The notes under the pieces were generated by a model. It had not been told where the DNA came from and searched no databases. It saw only the letters and a list, made by a program, of their open reading frames with translations. From positions 4,045 to 68,044 of the IMG/VR virus record IMGVR_UViG_3300046002_006949: a DNA stretch of 64,000 nt; one strand, 5' to 3'. The translations under genes and the position numbers were made by a program. Positions 1 through 9,307 of the stretch are shown here, piece by piece. The number at the start of each line of letters is the position of its first letter. Positions within the stretch are counted from its first letter, which is position 1. The stretch comes from a virus.

Positions 1-112
1 TGTCAACCGCGAATTTCTTTGCCTCGAAAGTAGACATCCCTGTCGGCAAACCCCCTTCGTGCAGAACCAGTACGATCCGGTTCCCTTCTATCTCAACCTG
101 TTGCTGGTTCAC
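1..112 (-). CDS. Partial hypothetical protein (runs off window start)
   Basis: GTG at 112 overlaps the stop of the upstream gene (GTGA); open to the window edge (VNQQQVEIEGNRIVLVLHEGG...). Confidence 0.5.
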   Translation of the reverse strand, partial: MNQQQVEIEGNRIVLVLHEGGLPTGMSTFEAKKFAVD

Positions 113-285
113 AGGCACCTCACCAGCAGGTACAGAGCCGTGGTGACGGGCCATGTGGTCCCAAAGGCTACGAAGACCAGACAGTCCCGCCACCGAAGAT
201 AACCCTCAGTATATGTCTTAGCTATAGCCAGCAATATAACTGAGTACCCTGCCAGCCATATGTAAAATAATATATCCCAGATCAC
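109..285 (-). CDS. Small membrane protein
   Basis: GTGA overlap with the MazG-like stop; two hydrophobic segments (WDILFYIWLAGYSVILLAIA; CLVFVAFGTTWPVTTALYLLV). Confidence 0.6.
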   Translation of the reverse strand: MIWDILFYIWLAGYSVILLAIAKTYTEGYLRWRDCLVFVAFGTTWPVTTALYLLVRCL

Positions 286-827
286 GCCTGCTCCTTCACG
301 AAGATGCCCTGTGCGTTGAGGTACCCTTTCCGGTCCTTGATCTCGTTGTACGCCTGCTCGACGCAATCAGTAAGTGTTACACCGAGGGAATCGACGATCT
401 GAGCGAGGTACGAAACCATGAGGTTATGTGTCATCCAATAGGACCCTTGGCCTTTGCTGGACGCCCCGAGAGGAATCAATGCTTTCTGCAGAGCTTCTGT
501 AGGATTCTTTACTTCTGAGGGCATTACTGTAACCCACGGTTGGTAGTCGTCGCCCGTTCCTAACGCGTAGCACGAGGCTCCCACAACCAACGTAACCCAT
601 ATGTCCCCAATTGCGTCGAGCTGGTCTCCTACATCCTGGCAGAACTCATAGTTATCCATCATATCGTCCATGTCATAGTCACTTCGGTGTAGCCGCGTTG
701 TTTCCTGGATCAGCTCATACACCTCCTCGGCTGTCTTGATAGCCTGAGCGTACGCCGTGCTATGCTTCAGAATCTGCCGGTCTTCTGCCCATTTGATGAT
801 CGCTGTGTTTAGTTCGCCCAGTTCCAT
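282..827 (-). CDS. MazG-like nucleotide pyrophosphohydrolase
   Basis: WAEDRQI..QAIKTAEEVYEL, DAIGDIWVTL and CVEQAYNEIKDRKG..GIFVKE motifs of phage MazG-like proteins; GGAGG before ATG at 827. Confidence 0.8.
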   Translation of the reverse strand: MELGELNTAIIKWAEDRQILKHSTAYAQAIKTAEEVYELIQETTRLHRSDYDMDDMMDNYEFCQDVGDQLDAIGDIWVTLVVGASCYALGTGDDYQPWVTVMPSEVKNPTEALQKALIPLGASSKGQGSYWMTHNLMVSYLAQIVDSLGVTLTDCVEQAYNEIKDRKGYLNAQGIFVKEQA

Positions 828-900
828 GTCAACCTCCGAAAAGAAAAGTGAAATCTCCGGAGGCACTATGGCAGCCTCCGATTGTGGGGTCAACCCACCC

Positions 901-1031
901 GGTAAAGTTTCTTACCATCGGGAATCAGAATATACTGAACATTTGTGTGCTTCCAACTGCTTCCCATCGGAAGCACCTCATACGGAAGCAGTTGGAGGCG
1001 GTTGCTTCCCCGGTAGGTAAGAAAATTTACC
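901..1031. repeat. Nested inverted repeat with GGTAA-N6-TTACC arms
   Basis: ggtaaagtttcttacc (901-916) pairs with ggtaagaaaatttacc (1016-1031); inner gcttccaactgcttcc pairs with ggaagcagttggaggc. Confidence 0.75.
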
Positions 1032-1161
1032 ATACCCGGTTTTGCATACCGGTAAGACTTGGTACTCTCTGGTAAATCCACGATAGGTGTATGACGGCCT
1101 GTCTGGCCGTCAACAGGAAAAGGTTTTTTGGAAACCTTGGAAGATAAAAGTTTATTTTGAG

Positions 1162-1190
1162 TTGACGAGTCCCCCTGGTGAGGACATTAT
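1162..1190 (+). promoter_or_regulatory. Possible sigma70-type promoter for the primase operon
   Basis: TTGACG-17 nt-CATTAT preceded by an AT-rich stretch; weak -10 match. Confidence 0.3.
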
Positions 1191-1227
1191 ACGGCGAAGC
1201 CGTGTAATGGACGAACCAGGTGTGACT

Positions 1228-1345
1228 GGTAAGACCTAAGGTTAAACCTTGTCTAGACAAGGTTACAACAACCCTTCGGGTTGTAGGTCATACAGATGGT
1301 TAAACCTGTTAGGTTTTACAGGTGAGACCTGGTTTGACCAGGTTA
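1228..1345. other. Palindrome cluster, candidate replication origin
   Basis: Perfect 20-bp palindrome aaccttgtctagacaaggtt (1245-1264); hairpins at 1268-1284 and 1327-1343; non-coding and upstream of the primase. Confidence 0.45.
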
Positions 1346-1520
1346 GCAGAAATTTTCGCGAGGGCGAGTACGGCCGCTTTGTAACCAAACCTCCCGGAGC
1401 GGTCTCGCCTGCACCGCTCTGATCGCAAATGACTCAACTGTGGGAATCCCAACGACCACCTTGACAGCGATCCTCAGCCCGTAGACACTGTCTCCGTCCG
1501 ACCTTCCCCCGGAGACAACA

Positions 1521-3797
1521 ATGAACGAACTGCAGACGTACCGCCAGGCGGCGGTAGATACGGCGTGGCATCTGTGCCGCCACGGCATAAAAATCTTCCC
1601 AGCTATCTACGGCACCAAGAAGCCTGGGCTCAAGTGGAAACAGCTTGCCACGAGCGATATGAACGAGTTTGTGAAGCTCGTACCGCCCGGCAAATTCAAC
1701 CTGGCTCTCACCTTCGGACCAGAGTCGAACCTCATCGACATCGAGCCGGATGACGACGCAGCCGTTGCAAAGCTCGCCGAGTTGATGGCCGAGAACGGTT
1801 GCAAGACCATCGCATACAAATCGCGAAATGGTATCCACAACCTGTTCCGCTACGAGCCCCGGCTCGCGGTGTTCGGTAAAGCCGTTATCAAAGTTGGTAA
1901 CCTCGAATGCCGAATGGGAGTCGGCGGGTACGGCAGCGGTGAGGAGGATGACGCGGATAGCCGAGCCGCTTACTCGATCTGCCCACCATCGCTTCACCCG
2001 GACACGAAGGAACATTATCTCTGGATGCCCGGCTGTGCCCCGTGGGAAGCTGACCTGGCGCCGATGCCAGAGAACATCATTAACTTCTTCGTCACCAACT
2101 ACCGAGCGGGTGGTGGTGGAAAGTCCGAGGTTGAGGTCGACGCCTACGAGGACGGGTACCTGCCGGGGCCCGGTCACAGGCATGAGTACCTGCTAAAGGC
2201 CAGCAAGAGCTTCTACACGCAGTGGCAGTTGCCAAGATCGCTGTGCGAGGACATGACGCGGCTGTTGTCTCAAGCAATCGGTTCGTACGAACTGGAGGGC
2301 CGCGGCGAGACCGAGATAAAGAATCTCTTCAACAAACTTGAGCGGCCGAACGACCCGCTGAAAGAATTAACCATCGCTGTCAACATGAGCGATGTTGATG
2401 CTGTCACAGAGATGGTGCAGGTACAGCGGGCAACCACGGCTGCCGGCCACTGCCTGGAGATCCCCACTCACATCTTCCACCCACTGATCGAGGAAGCCTC
2501 TCAGAACGCGAAGCTGGCTCAGTATCCACGTAATCTGTTTCTCAACACGATCCTGTGTACGACGGCCCATACGCTCGGCCAGGCAGTCAAGGTACGCGTC
2601 AGTGAAGACCACGATCCCACCGGTCTTCAACTGTTTTCATTCGGAGTGGGAGGTTCCGGGACGGGGAAGAGTAAAACCATAAAGGCTTTACTAGGACCGG
2701 TCTCCCACTCCGACTCTGTCACGACGGAGGGGAGCCCAGAAGGGCTCGTCTCCCTGATGAGTCGGTTCCCTCGTGGAGTCATGATTGAACTCACCGAGGG
2801 CAAAGAGTTCTTCAAGATGCTGGGCAAGTACTCCTCCCAGCCGGGGCAGGGAAGCGACAACAGCCTGTTCCACAAATGCTGGTCCGGTGACAAGATCAAA
2901 CGGACGCTGCAGAAAGGAACTTTCGGGTGTCAGGAGCCCTTCCTCGTGGTCTGTGCAGCGATCCAGAAGATCAACCTGAACCAGATGCCGCCGGGTGACT
3001 GTCTCGACGGGTTGCTCCAACGAATGCTGATCATGCCCATCGGGGACGTACCGAGGAAAACGGACCCAATGGCTCTGTCCTTGTTCCAGCAGTTCCTCCG
3101 GACCTGGTACGAGATCGTTGGCCGGCTGGAGACGGTGAAGCCCGCTATCGGGCAGCCGGTGCTATCGTCCATGATCACTGGGTCAGGTGTTGCCATCAGG
3201 CCGCTCACGCTCACGCTGGACAAGCACGCCCGTGAAATGTGGAATGACTATGCCTCTGACAAAAGGTCCCCGCAGACGATGGGTGCGTGGCCGGAGGACC
3301 ATCCGTACCGAGCCGACGTCGTACGTCATGCCGAGATGGGGCTACGACTGGCGGGCAGTCTGTTCATGCAGGACTGTGCCTGTGACAAGGCATTCTGGGA
3401 GCATCATCAGGTTGGCAACCAGGACAACGGGTGGCTTCCGGAGGCGGTGATGAAACGCGGCATCGACTACATGGAGCACGCCTGGTATCAGAAACAGAAA
3501 CTGGTCGACCCGATCGTGGAGTCAGCGTTTGCGTCGGCCTCGGGTCTGCACATGCTGCAACGAGAAGAGTCTGTTGTGTCTCGGGTTGATAAACACATTG
3601 CGGCCCGCCGACGCCGGATCGAGCAGGCGTTTGGCGAGGAGTGGACCCACCGTGAGTACTACACCGTTTTCAAACTCAAGAAAGAAGAAGCTCGGCGTGA
3701 GCTGGACCTTTTCATCCGGGAGGGTCACATCGTAGAGTTAGGTCTCGTGGACGGTAAGAAATCCGTCCGATACAAATTTTTGGGAGAGGTGGAATGA
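1521..3797 (+). CDS. Bifunctional primase-polymerase fused to a DUF3987-type P-loop domain
   Basis: N-terminal IFP..GTKKP..KWK, NLAL..LIDIE, SRNGIHNLF, SICPPSLHP (prim-pol); C-terminal GGSGTGKS Walker A, TEGSPEGL, DGLLQRML. Confidence 0.85.
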   Translation: MNELQTYRQAAVDTAWHLCRHGIKIFPAIYGTKKPGLKWKQLATSDMNEFVKLVPPGKFNLALTFGPESNLIDIEPDDDAAVAKLAELMAENGCKTIAYKSRNGIHNLFRYEPRLAVFGKAVIKVGNLECRMGVGGYGSGEEDDADSRAAYSICPPSLHPDTKEHYLWMPGCAPWEADLAPMPENIINFFVTNYRAGGGGKSEVEVDAYEDGYLPGPGHRHEYLLKASKSFYTQWQLPRSLCEDMTRLLSQAIGSYELEGRGETEIKNLFNKLERPNDPLKELTIAVNMSDVDAVTEMVQVQRATTAAGHCLEIPTHIFHPLIEEASQNAKLAQYPRNLFLNTILCTTAHTLGQAVKVRVSEDHDPTGLQLFSFGVGGSGTGKSKTIKALLGPVSHSDSVTTEGSPEGLVSLMSRFPRGVMIELTEGKEFFKMLGKYSSQPGQGSDNSLFHKCWSGDKIKRTLQKGTFGCQEPFLVVCAAIQKINLNQMPPGDCLDGLLQRMLIMPIGDVPRKTDPMALSLFQQFLRTWYEIVGRLETVKPAIGQPVLSSMITGSGVAIRPLTLTLDKHAREMWNDYASDKRSPQTMGAWPEDHPYRADVVRHAEMGLRLAGSLFMQDCACDKAFWEHHQVGNQDNGWLPEAVMKRGIDYMEHAWYQKQKLVDPIVESAFASASGLHMLQREESVVSRVDKHIAARRRRIEQAFGEEWTHREYYTVFKLKKEEARRELDLFIREGHIVELGLVDGKKSVRYKFLGEVE

Positions 3798-3988
3798 TCG
3801 TCAGCAAAGCCACGTTCTGCTGGGCGCAAGGAGCCGAGTGCAACGTTGGTTTCATCTGGGACGACGAAGGGCCCGGCCTGTACATTCTTTGGTCTGACAA
3901 TCCAGAGCTGACAGGTAAGACGATCAGAATGGGCGATGGTAAGATCGAAGACAAAACCTTTATGCACTTGTCGGAGTTGTTGGCATGA
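3794..3988 (+). CDS. Hypothetical protein
   Basis: ATGA overlaps at both ends. Confidence 0.65.
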   Translation: MIVSKATFCWAQGAECNVGFIWDDEGPGLYILWSDNPELTGKTIRMGDGKIEDKTFMHLSELLA

Positions 3989-4599
3989 AACGCGTTCTCG
4001 TTGCATGTGAGTGTTCAGGCACAGTACGAGATGCGTTCCGGAGCCGCGGGTACGACGCGTGGTCCTGCGATATCATCGATCCGGACGAGCCAAGTGAGTA
4101 CCACATCAAGGGTGATGCACTCGACCAGTTCCAGTTCGGATGGGACCTGATCATCGCCCACCCACCATGCACGTACCTGTCCAACAGTGGGGTCCGTTGG
4201 TTGAGCACAGACCCAACCCGCTGGGAAAAGATGAAGGATGGGGCAGAGTTCTTCAAACAGTTTCTCAATACTGGTTGCCCGCGTATCTGTATTGAGAATC
4301 CGATCATGCACAAGCACGCCAAAGAGATCATCGGTGTAAACTACACGCAGATCATTCAACCGTGGCAGTTCGGCCACGGCGAGACGAAGGCAACGTGCCT
4401 GTGGTTACAGAACCTTCCTCCGCTTCAGCCGACGAACATTGTTGAGGGTCGTGAAGGACGAATTCACAAGTTACCTCCGTCGAAAGACAGAGGGAAGTTA
4501 CGATCAGTTACCTTTCAGGGCATCGCCGATGCGATGGCCGAGCAGTGGGGACCTTTGTTATGTTTAGAAAAGCGTCAGATGCTTACCACCGAACCATGA
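3985..4599 (+). CDS. Short phage DNA cytosine-C5 methyltransferase-like protein
   Basis: VLVACECSG, WSCDI, IIAHPPCT (catalytic PC), IENP, QPWQFGH, GIADAMAEQW. Confidence 0.8.
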   Translation: MKRVLVACECSGTVRDAFRSRGYDAWSCDIIDPDEPSEYHIKGDALDQFQFGWDLIIAHPPCTYLSNSGVRWLSTDPTRWEKMKDGAEFFKQFLNTGCPRICIENPIMHKHAKEIIGVNYTQIIQPWQFGHGETKATCLWLQNLPPLQPTNIVEGREGRIHKLPPSKDRGKLRSVTFQGIADAMAEQWGPLLCLEKRQMLTTEP

Positions 4600-4856
4600 T
4601 ACACCACCACAGTATCCAGATGGCGTGGGAGAAAAAGGTCGAACCGGAGCAGATAGCCTTCATCGAAGCGGCAATAGAGGATGCTTCTGCACGAGGAGAG
4701 TCACTGTTCGAGAAGACTGTGAAGTGGGAACTCACTCGCAAAGTTAAGCAGGCCCTGATCGATCTCGGGTACGCAGTCGGGGAGCGGTGGGTGTATGAGA
4801 GGGACGGTCAGCGTTTACTGACGGTCTGTTGGGCACCACGGGGGACCAGATCATGA
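4596..4856 (+). CDS. Hypothetical protein
   Basis: ATGA overlaps with both neighbours. Confidence 0.6.
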   Translation: MIHHHSIQMAWEKKVEPEQIAFIEAAIEDASARGESLFEKTVKWELTRKVKQALIDLGYAVGERWVYERDGQRLLTVCWAPRGTRS

Positions 4857-6400
4857 GTGTCTGGATCTACGCACGCGTCTCCACATTCGACCAGTATGTC
4901 AACGGCTACTCCGTTGACCAGCAGGTCCGGTCGTGTCTGGAGTACACCAAGCAGCACAACCTGATGCTGGGCGATGTCACGAACTGCGACCTGCCCGGCG
5001 TCTTCATCGACGGTGGTAAGTCAGCGTTCAAGAAGAAGCTGATCCAGCGTCCCGGAGGTTGTCTGCTCATGGAGAACGTGAAGCCGGGCGATACCATCGT
5101 TGCTCTGGCCACGCACCGTCTGTTCCGCCAGTTCGGTGACATGGTAGCTGTGATGGACAAGTGGGTAACCGAGGGTGTCAACGTACGCTTCGTCGATTAC
5201 CCCACACTCAACACGGACACCGCCAACGGCAAGGCGATGCTGTACATCATGGCCGTAATGGCACAGCTCAAGTCGGAGCTGATCTCAGCCCGTGTCAAAG
5301 AGTCACGAGGTATCGCCGGGGTTAAGCAGAAACCAGAACCACCGGCACCGAAGCCAATCATCGTGGAGAATACCACGAAGAATCTCGGGGCCGTCATGCA
5401 GCAGATGCAGGTCGAGCGGGAGAAGAACAAGTTCACATTCAGCGGTTGCGTCCACGCGTACGTCCGTGTGTCGACGAAGGAGCAGACTGTCGAGCATCAG
5501 ATCGAGATGATCAAGAAGCAGATCCCCGAGGACATGAAAAACGCAGAGATCATCTGGTACAACGATGAAGGTGCCAGTGCATTCAAGACGAAGTTCGAAC
5601 GACGCAAAGCCGGCGGCCTGATGCTACAGGCGTTGAAGCCCGGCGACATGGTCGTGGCATGGAGGCCAGACCGTCTGTTCCGTTCCCTGATCGATGCCAG
5701 CCGTGTCCTGGAGAAGATCCACGCAACAGGAGCCTCACTGACAATCGTCGAAGGCAACATCCGGACAGACCAGGCTCAGGGCCGGATGCTTATGCAGATG
5801 ATGTCCATGTTTGCCGAGATGGAGTCACAGGACATCTCACGCATGACAAAGCTGGGACACTTCGGTTCAATCGGTGTGAACCCCGCGGCCCGTGCGACAC
5901 GGATGCCAAAGCTGTTACGCGGTATGAAGAAGCATCACCTGCAGAAGTACTACCAGTTCGAGGACATGCTGACACCCGAGGAACGGTTCTACATGCACGT
6001 CGAATTGTCGCTGACTCAGCAACACTACCGTGACCGTCGTACGGCCTGCAGAGTCATCTCGAACAAGTACCTCGCCAAGAAAGGTTTGCCACCTGTGACT
6101 GGCGAGTTCGGAGACCTCGTGACGGTCTACATCAAGCGATTGAAGACCATGCAGAAAGAAGAGTTCAGCACACGCCGGCAGCGACTGATCGACAATATGA
6201 AAAAGCAACCAGCAGGTGCTGAGATCCGGTACCCGCTGAACGTGTCTACGATTGCGTGGATCGACAAGAGGCAGAAGGAGTTCCTCCGGGTCGCGAAGAT
6301 GTTCCCGGGGAGGCTGAGAGACAAGCAGGCCCTGACAATGCTGGCGTCGTCGTGTGCGTCACCAGAGGCGGCTGTGGCATTTGTGGGGAGGGTACGATGA
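4853..6400 (+). CDS. Serine recombinase with two tandem catalytic domains
   Basis: YARVST...DGGKSA...RPG...GDTIV..HRLFR and YVRVST...DEGASA...GDMVVAWRPDRLFRS...GRMLMQMMSMFAEMES. Confidence 0.9.
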   Translation: MSVWIYARVSTFDQYVNGYSVDQQVRSCLEYTKQHNLMLGDVTNCDLPGVFIDGGKSAFKKKLIQRPGGCLLMENVKPGDTIVALATHRLFRQFGDMVAVMDKWVTEGVNVRFVDYPTLNTDTANGKAMLYIMAVMAQLKSELISARVKESRGIAGVKQKPEPPAPKPIIVENTTKNLGAVMQQMQVEREKNKFTFSGCVHAYVRVSTKEQTVEHQIEMIKKQIPEDMKNAEIIWYNDEGASAFKTKFERRKAGGLMLQALKPGDMVVAWRPDRLFRSLIDASRVLEKIHATGASLTIVEGNIRTDQAQGRMLMQMMSMFAEMESQDISRMTKLGHFGSIGVNPAARATRMPKLLRGMKKHHLQKYYQFEDMLTPEERFYMHVELSLTQQHYRDRRTACRVISNKYLAKKGLPPVTGEFGDLVTVYIKRLKTMQKEEFSTRRQRLIDNMKKQPAGAEIRYPLNVSTIAWIDKRQKEFLRVAKMFPGRLRDKQALTMLASSCASPEAAVAFVGRVR

Positions 6401-6741
6401 GTAACCTCACAAAAGAAGAAGGTATCGAACTGTCAGCAAAGGCGTCCGGTCAGGACTGGGCCGAGTACGCTCTGAAGTTCTTGTACTGGTACTTGTGGTA
6501 CAACAAGACAATGCACGTCGACGATCTGTGGACGGCGGGCCTGGTAACACCGGTATCGCCGAGAGCGTTGGGGGCTGTGGTCAAACAGGCGGCCACTAAC
6601 GGGTGGATGCGTATGAACAAGACGGAGGAGGGTTACATCATCGGGAAACCATCGAAGAGTTCACACGACACGATAAAGGCCGTTTGGCTGTCTAACCTGT
6701 ACCGACCAGATCCTGAGCAAACACAACCAGATCGGCCCTGA
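6397..6741 (+). CDS. Hypothetical protein (possible winged-helix)
   Basis: ATGA overlap; PRALGAVVKQAATNGWM pattern. Confidence 0.65.
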   Translation: MSNLTKEEGIELSAKASGQDWAEYALKFLYWYLWYNKTMHVDDLWTAGLVTPVSPRALGAVVKQAATNGWMRMNKTEEGYIIGKPSKSSHDTIKAVWLSNLYRPDPEQTQPDRP

Positions 6742-6922
6742 AGATCTGCAGTCTCCCACCCAACCAGAAAGACCTGAGGTAGTAACGTGCCTCAGGTCTT
6801 TTTTTGTTTTGTAAGCCCTTGAGACACCAGTTGCGAACGGTGTCTGTGGTGACCTCCACGCCATGATTCTTCAACCAGGCAACGACCTCTTTTGGGGCCA
6901 TGAAGGGTGTCTCATTATCCAT
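6692..6922 (-). CDS. Small excisionase/DUF1580-like HTH DNA-binding protein
   Basis: APKEVVAWL..VTTDTVRNWCLKG..LRSFWLGGRLQI..DLVVF pattern of MerR/Xis-like HTH proteins. Confidence 0.65.
   Translation of the reverse strand: MDNETPFMAPKEVVAWLKNHGVEVTTDTVRNWCLKGLQNKKRPEARYYLRSFWLGGRLQIFRADLVVFAQDLVGTG
6768..6810 (+). terminator. Intrinsic terminator of the primase/recombinase operon
   Basis: aaagacctgagg-N10-cctcaggtcttt followed by a T-run. Confidence 0.7.
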
Positions 6923-7049
6923 CTGGGAAAACCGACAAAGGGGAGAAAGCGGAAACTACCTAGTTTGTATGGTAAGAGGTATTGCAATACAAGCCGGAAA
7001 AGATTCTCATTGTCGGGAATAGTCATCCCCCAGACAACAGGAATCAATC

Positions 7050-8075
7050 ATGGTCCCCGAACTTCCGTCGTTCCAGATGCTGCAGCAGCAGAACCCACAA
7101 AGCCTACAACCGAGTGCTCCGTCTGGGGGAGCGAATAGCCCTCCCGTCCCGGTTTCACAACCGGGCGGGATGGGTTTACCAACTCCCCAGCCACAAGCTC
7201 CGCAGGTAGATTCATACATCGCTGAGCTGGAACGATCGGGTCGATTACCGGCCGGCCGATTCAAGACCACGCAGGAAGCCTTCGAAGCGGTCTACGGTAT
7301 CGCAGAGAGTGCTTCTCAGCAGGTTGAACGACTACAGTCACAGGCATACGCTCCTCCGGTCGAAGCCGCACCGCCCCAGGCACCAGCGGCTCCGGTCGAA
7401 GACTTGAACAAGATGGCGATGGCTTTCCAGCAGAGTGGCTGGATGGCACTGGAGAACGGCCAGTGGGTCGCCAAGCAGGCCGCGGCAACGCAGCTCGCTT
7501 CACAGTTGAACCAACGTATCGTTGAAGCTCAGGCCCGTCAGGCTGAACTCTCAGACCCGGACGCTTTCCTCGCCAAGTACGGCAAGAAAGCATTCGAACA
7601 GAACCTTGCTCCTCTGCAGACAGAGCTTGCCGAATTGAAGCAAGCCTACCAGCAGATGCAGCAAGATCTATACAAGGCTGTTCCAAAGCCTCACGAAGCC
7701 TGGGTCAAACAGAACGAGACACAACTGTGGACGACGAATCAACTTGGTCAACGAGTACCATCACCAGCGGGCAAGGTCTACGGCGATGCGTGGGATCTAG
7801 CCCAAAGCTACGGGATGGGTGCCGAAGATATTCACAACTTTGCGACTGTAGCTGCAACGCCGTACATGGTCCAGCAGCAGGCACCGCCTGCAGCCCAGCA
7901 GCAGCCACAGCAGTCATGGATGCAACAGACCCTGCAGAACCCTCCGGTGCATAACCCAGCCTTCAATGCTCCCGGTACTTCTTTCACTAACAGTGTTCCT
8001 CCCCACCAGCGAGCATCCTCACTGGACAATGACGGGCTCCCGTCATTCCAGCGGTTGCAGAACTTATCACAGTAA
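7050..8075 (+). CDS. Putative capsid scaffolding protein
   Basis: Q/P-rich, coiled-coil, immediately upstream of the major capsid gene. Confidence 0.6.
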   Translation: MVPELPSFQMLQQQNPQSLQPSAPSGGANSPPVPVSQPGGMGLPTPQPQAPQVDSYIAELERSGRLPAGRFKTTQEAFEAVYGIAESASQQVERLQSQAYAPPVEAAPPQAPAAPVEDLNKMAMAFQQSGWMALENGQWVAKQAAATQLASQLNQRIVEAQARQAELSDPDAFLAKYGKKAFEQNLAPLQTELAELKQAYQQMQQDLYKAVPKPHEAWVKQNETQLWTTNQLGQRVPSPAGKVYGDAWDLAQSYGMGAEDIHNFATVAATPYMVQQQAPPAAQQQPQQSWMQQTLQNPPVHNPAFNAPGTSFTNSVPPHQRASSLDNDGLPSFQRLQNLSQ

Positions 8076-8086
8076 CGGAGTAGACG

Positions 8087-9226
8087 ATGGCTCATTCGAT
8101 CACGGCAGCAACAGTTGACGGGCACATTAACAGCGTCCGTGACCTTGCACCAAAGTACTGGAAGGATGTCTCGGACCTGACGGTTCGAAACTTCCTCACC
8201 TTCTTCAACCTGATGAAGTGGGGGTCCATCTCGTACAACGCTCGGTCACACACGCAGCTTTGGAATGCCCGCGTCAAACAGCCGCAGGTGATTCCCGCAA
8301 TCGACGGTCAGCCAATCGAGTTCGTCAACACTGATACGGACATCCAGTTCTACATCGGCATGAAGGGGTACCGTGGTACCGACTATTTGCCTGAACTGGA
8401 ATACCTCCAGGCACAAGGTGCCCCGGAGATGATCACCGATCGATACACCCGCAAGAGCAAAGACATTGCTCAGGCGATGATCGAGAAGCTGTCCGGGTCC
8501 TTCTACAAAGACGGTAATGTCGCCGCGAATGTGTACGACTTCGTGGGCATCAAAACTCCACTGGCGTACGACTCAGGCACCATCACGGCTGCTGACAAGA
8601 TCGCTCGACCGAACGGTACCTACGCAGGTCAGTCTTGTGCTCTGGGTAACCTCGGGGGAACGTGGACTGGTGACCTGGCTACGAGCCCGAACGCGAACCT
8701 CGACAAGGACTGGCCTTTCGGTCAGGGCTCAAGTGAGTACGACGGTACCTCCCCACTGATCGTGAACTACGGTTCAACGGCGTGGAACACGGCAGCCACA
8801 GACTTCGCGACCAACGCAGTGATCGCAGCCAGCTACGCTCTGACCGCAATGCTTCACCGCGGCGGCCAGTCGATGGTTGGTGCGATGCCAAACATGGTCA
8901 TGGCGTCTGAAATGTTCACGGAGTTCAAGAACAGCTTCCGCGAGAACAACCGCCAGATGATGCCGTTCAAAGACGGTGACCTTGGCTATCCAGGTGAAAC
9001 CCTGATGGTTGACGGCATGGTCTACTCGATGGACTATGCAGTGCCAACAGGCGAAGCCTACATGTACTTGCCACAGTACGTCGAAGCCTTCTTCGTCCAC
9101 GATCAGATCTACGGTGCGAAGGGTCCTGACTACTCCGTGAAGGACGTCGGGTACCTGTACTACGCTTCGTGCTACGGGAACTTCAAGTTCCAGCCAAAGT
9201 ACTTGGCCCGCTTCATCAAGGTCTGA
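8087..9226 (+). CDS. Major capsid protein
   Basis: 379 aa, strong RBS, biased codon use, follows the scaffold and is followed by a hairpin; HK97 fold inferred from position and size. Confidence 0.75.
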   Translation: MAHSITAATVDGHINSVRDLAPKYWKDVSDLTVRNFLTFFNLMKWGSISYNARSHTQLWNARVKQPQVIPAIDGQPIEFVNTDTDIQFYIGMKGYRGTDYLPELEYLQAQGAPEMITDRYTRKSKDIAQAMIEKLSGSFYKDGNVAANVYDFVGIKTPLAYDSGTITAADKIARPNGTYAGQSCALGNLGGTWTGDLATSPNANLDKDWPFGQGSSEYDGTSPLIVNYGSTAWNTAATDFATNAVIAASYALTAMLHRGGQSMVGAMPNMVMASEMFTEFKNSFRENNRQMMPFKDGDLGYPGETLMVDGMVYSMDYAVPTGEAYMYLPQYVEAFFVHDQIYGAKGPDYSVKDVGYLYYASCYGNFKFQPKYLARFIKV

Positions 9227-9239
9227 TGATTGAAACTGA

Positions 9240-9270
9240 GCCCGGCCTAACCGGCCGGGCGTCTTCTTAC
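9240..9270 (+). terminator. Hairpin or terminator after the capsid gene
   Basis: gcccggcc-taacc-ggccgggc then gtcttctt. Confidence 0.5.
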
Positions 9271-9307
9271 TCTCTGATTCAATTCTCCCCGTTTGGAGCG
9301 GTGCAAT

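Noticed and set aside
6960-7049. Shared late-promoter motif with the gaps at 30730-30780 and 37441-37490
   Set aside because: Only weak similarity (ATTCTCA, CATTTTCC) in inconsistent orientation
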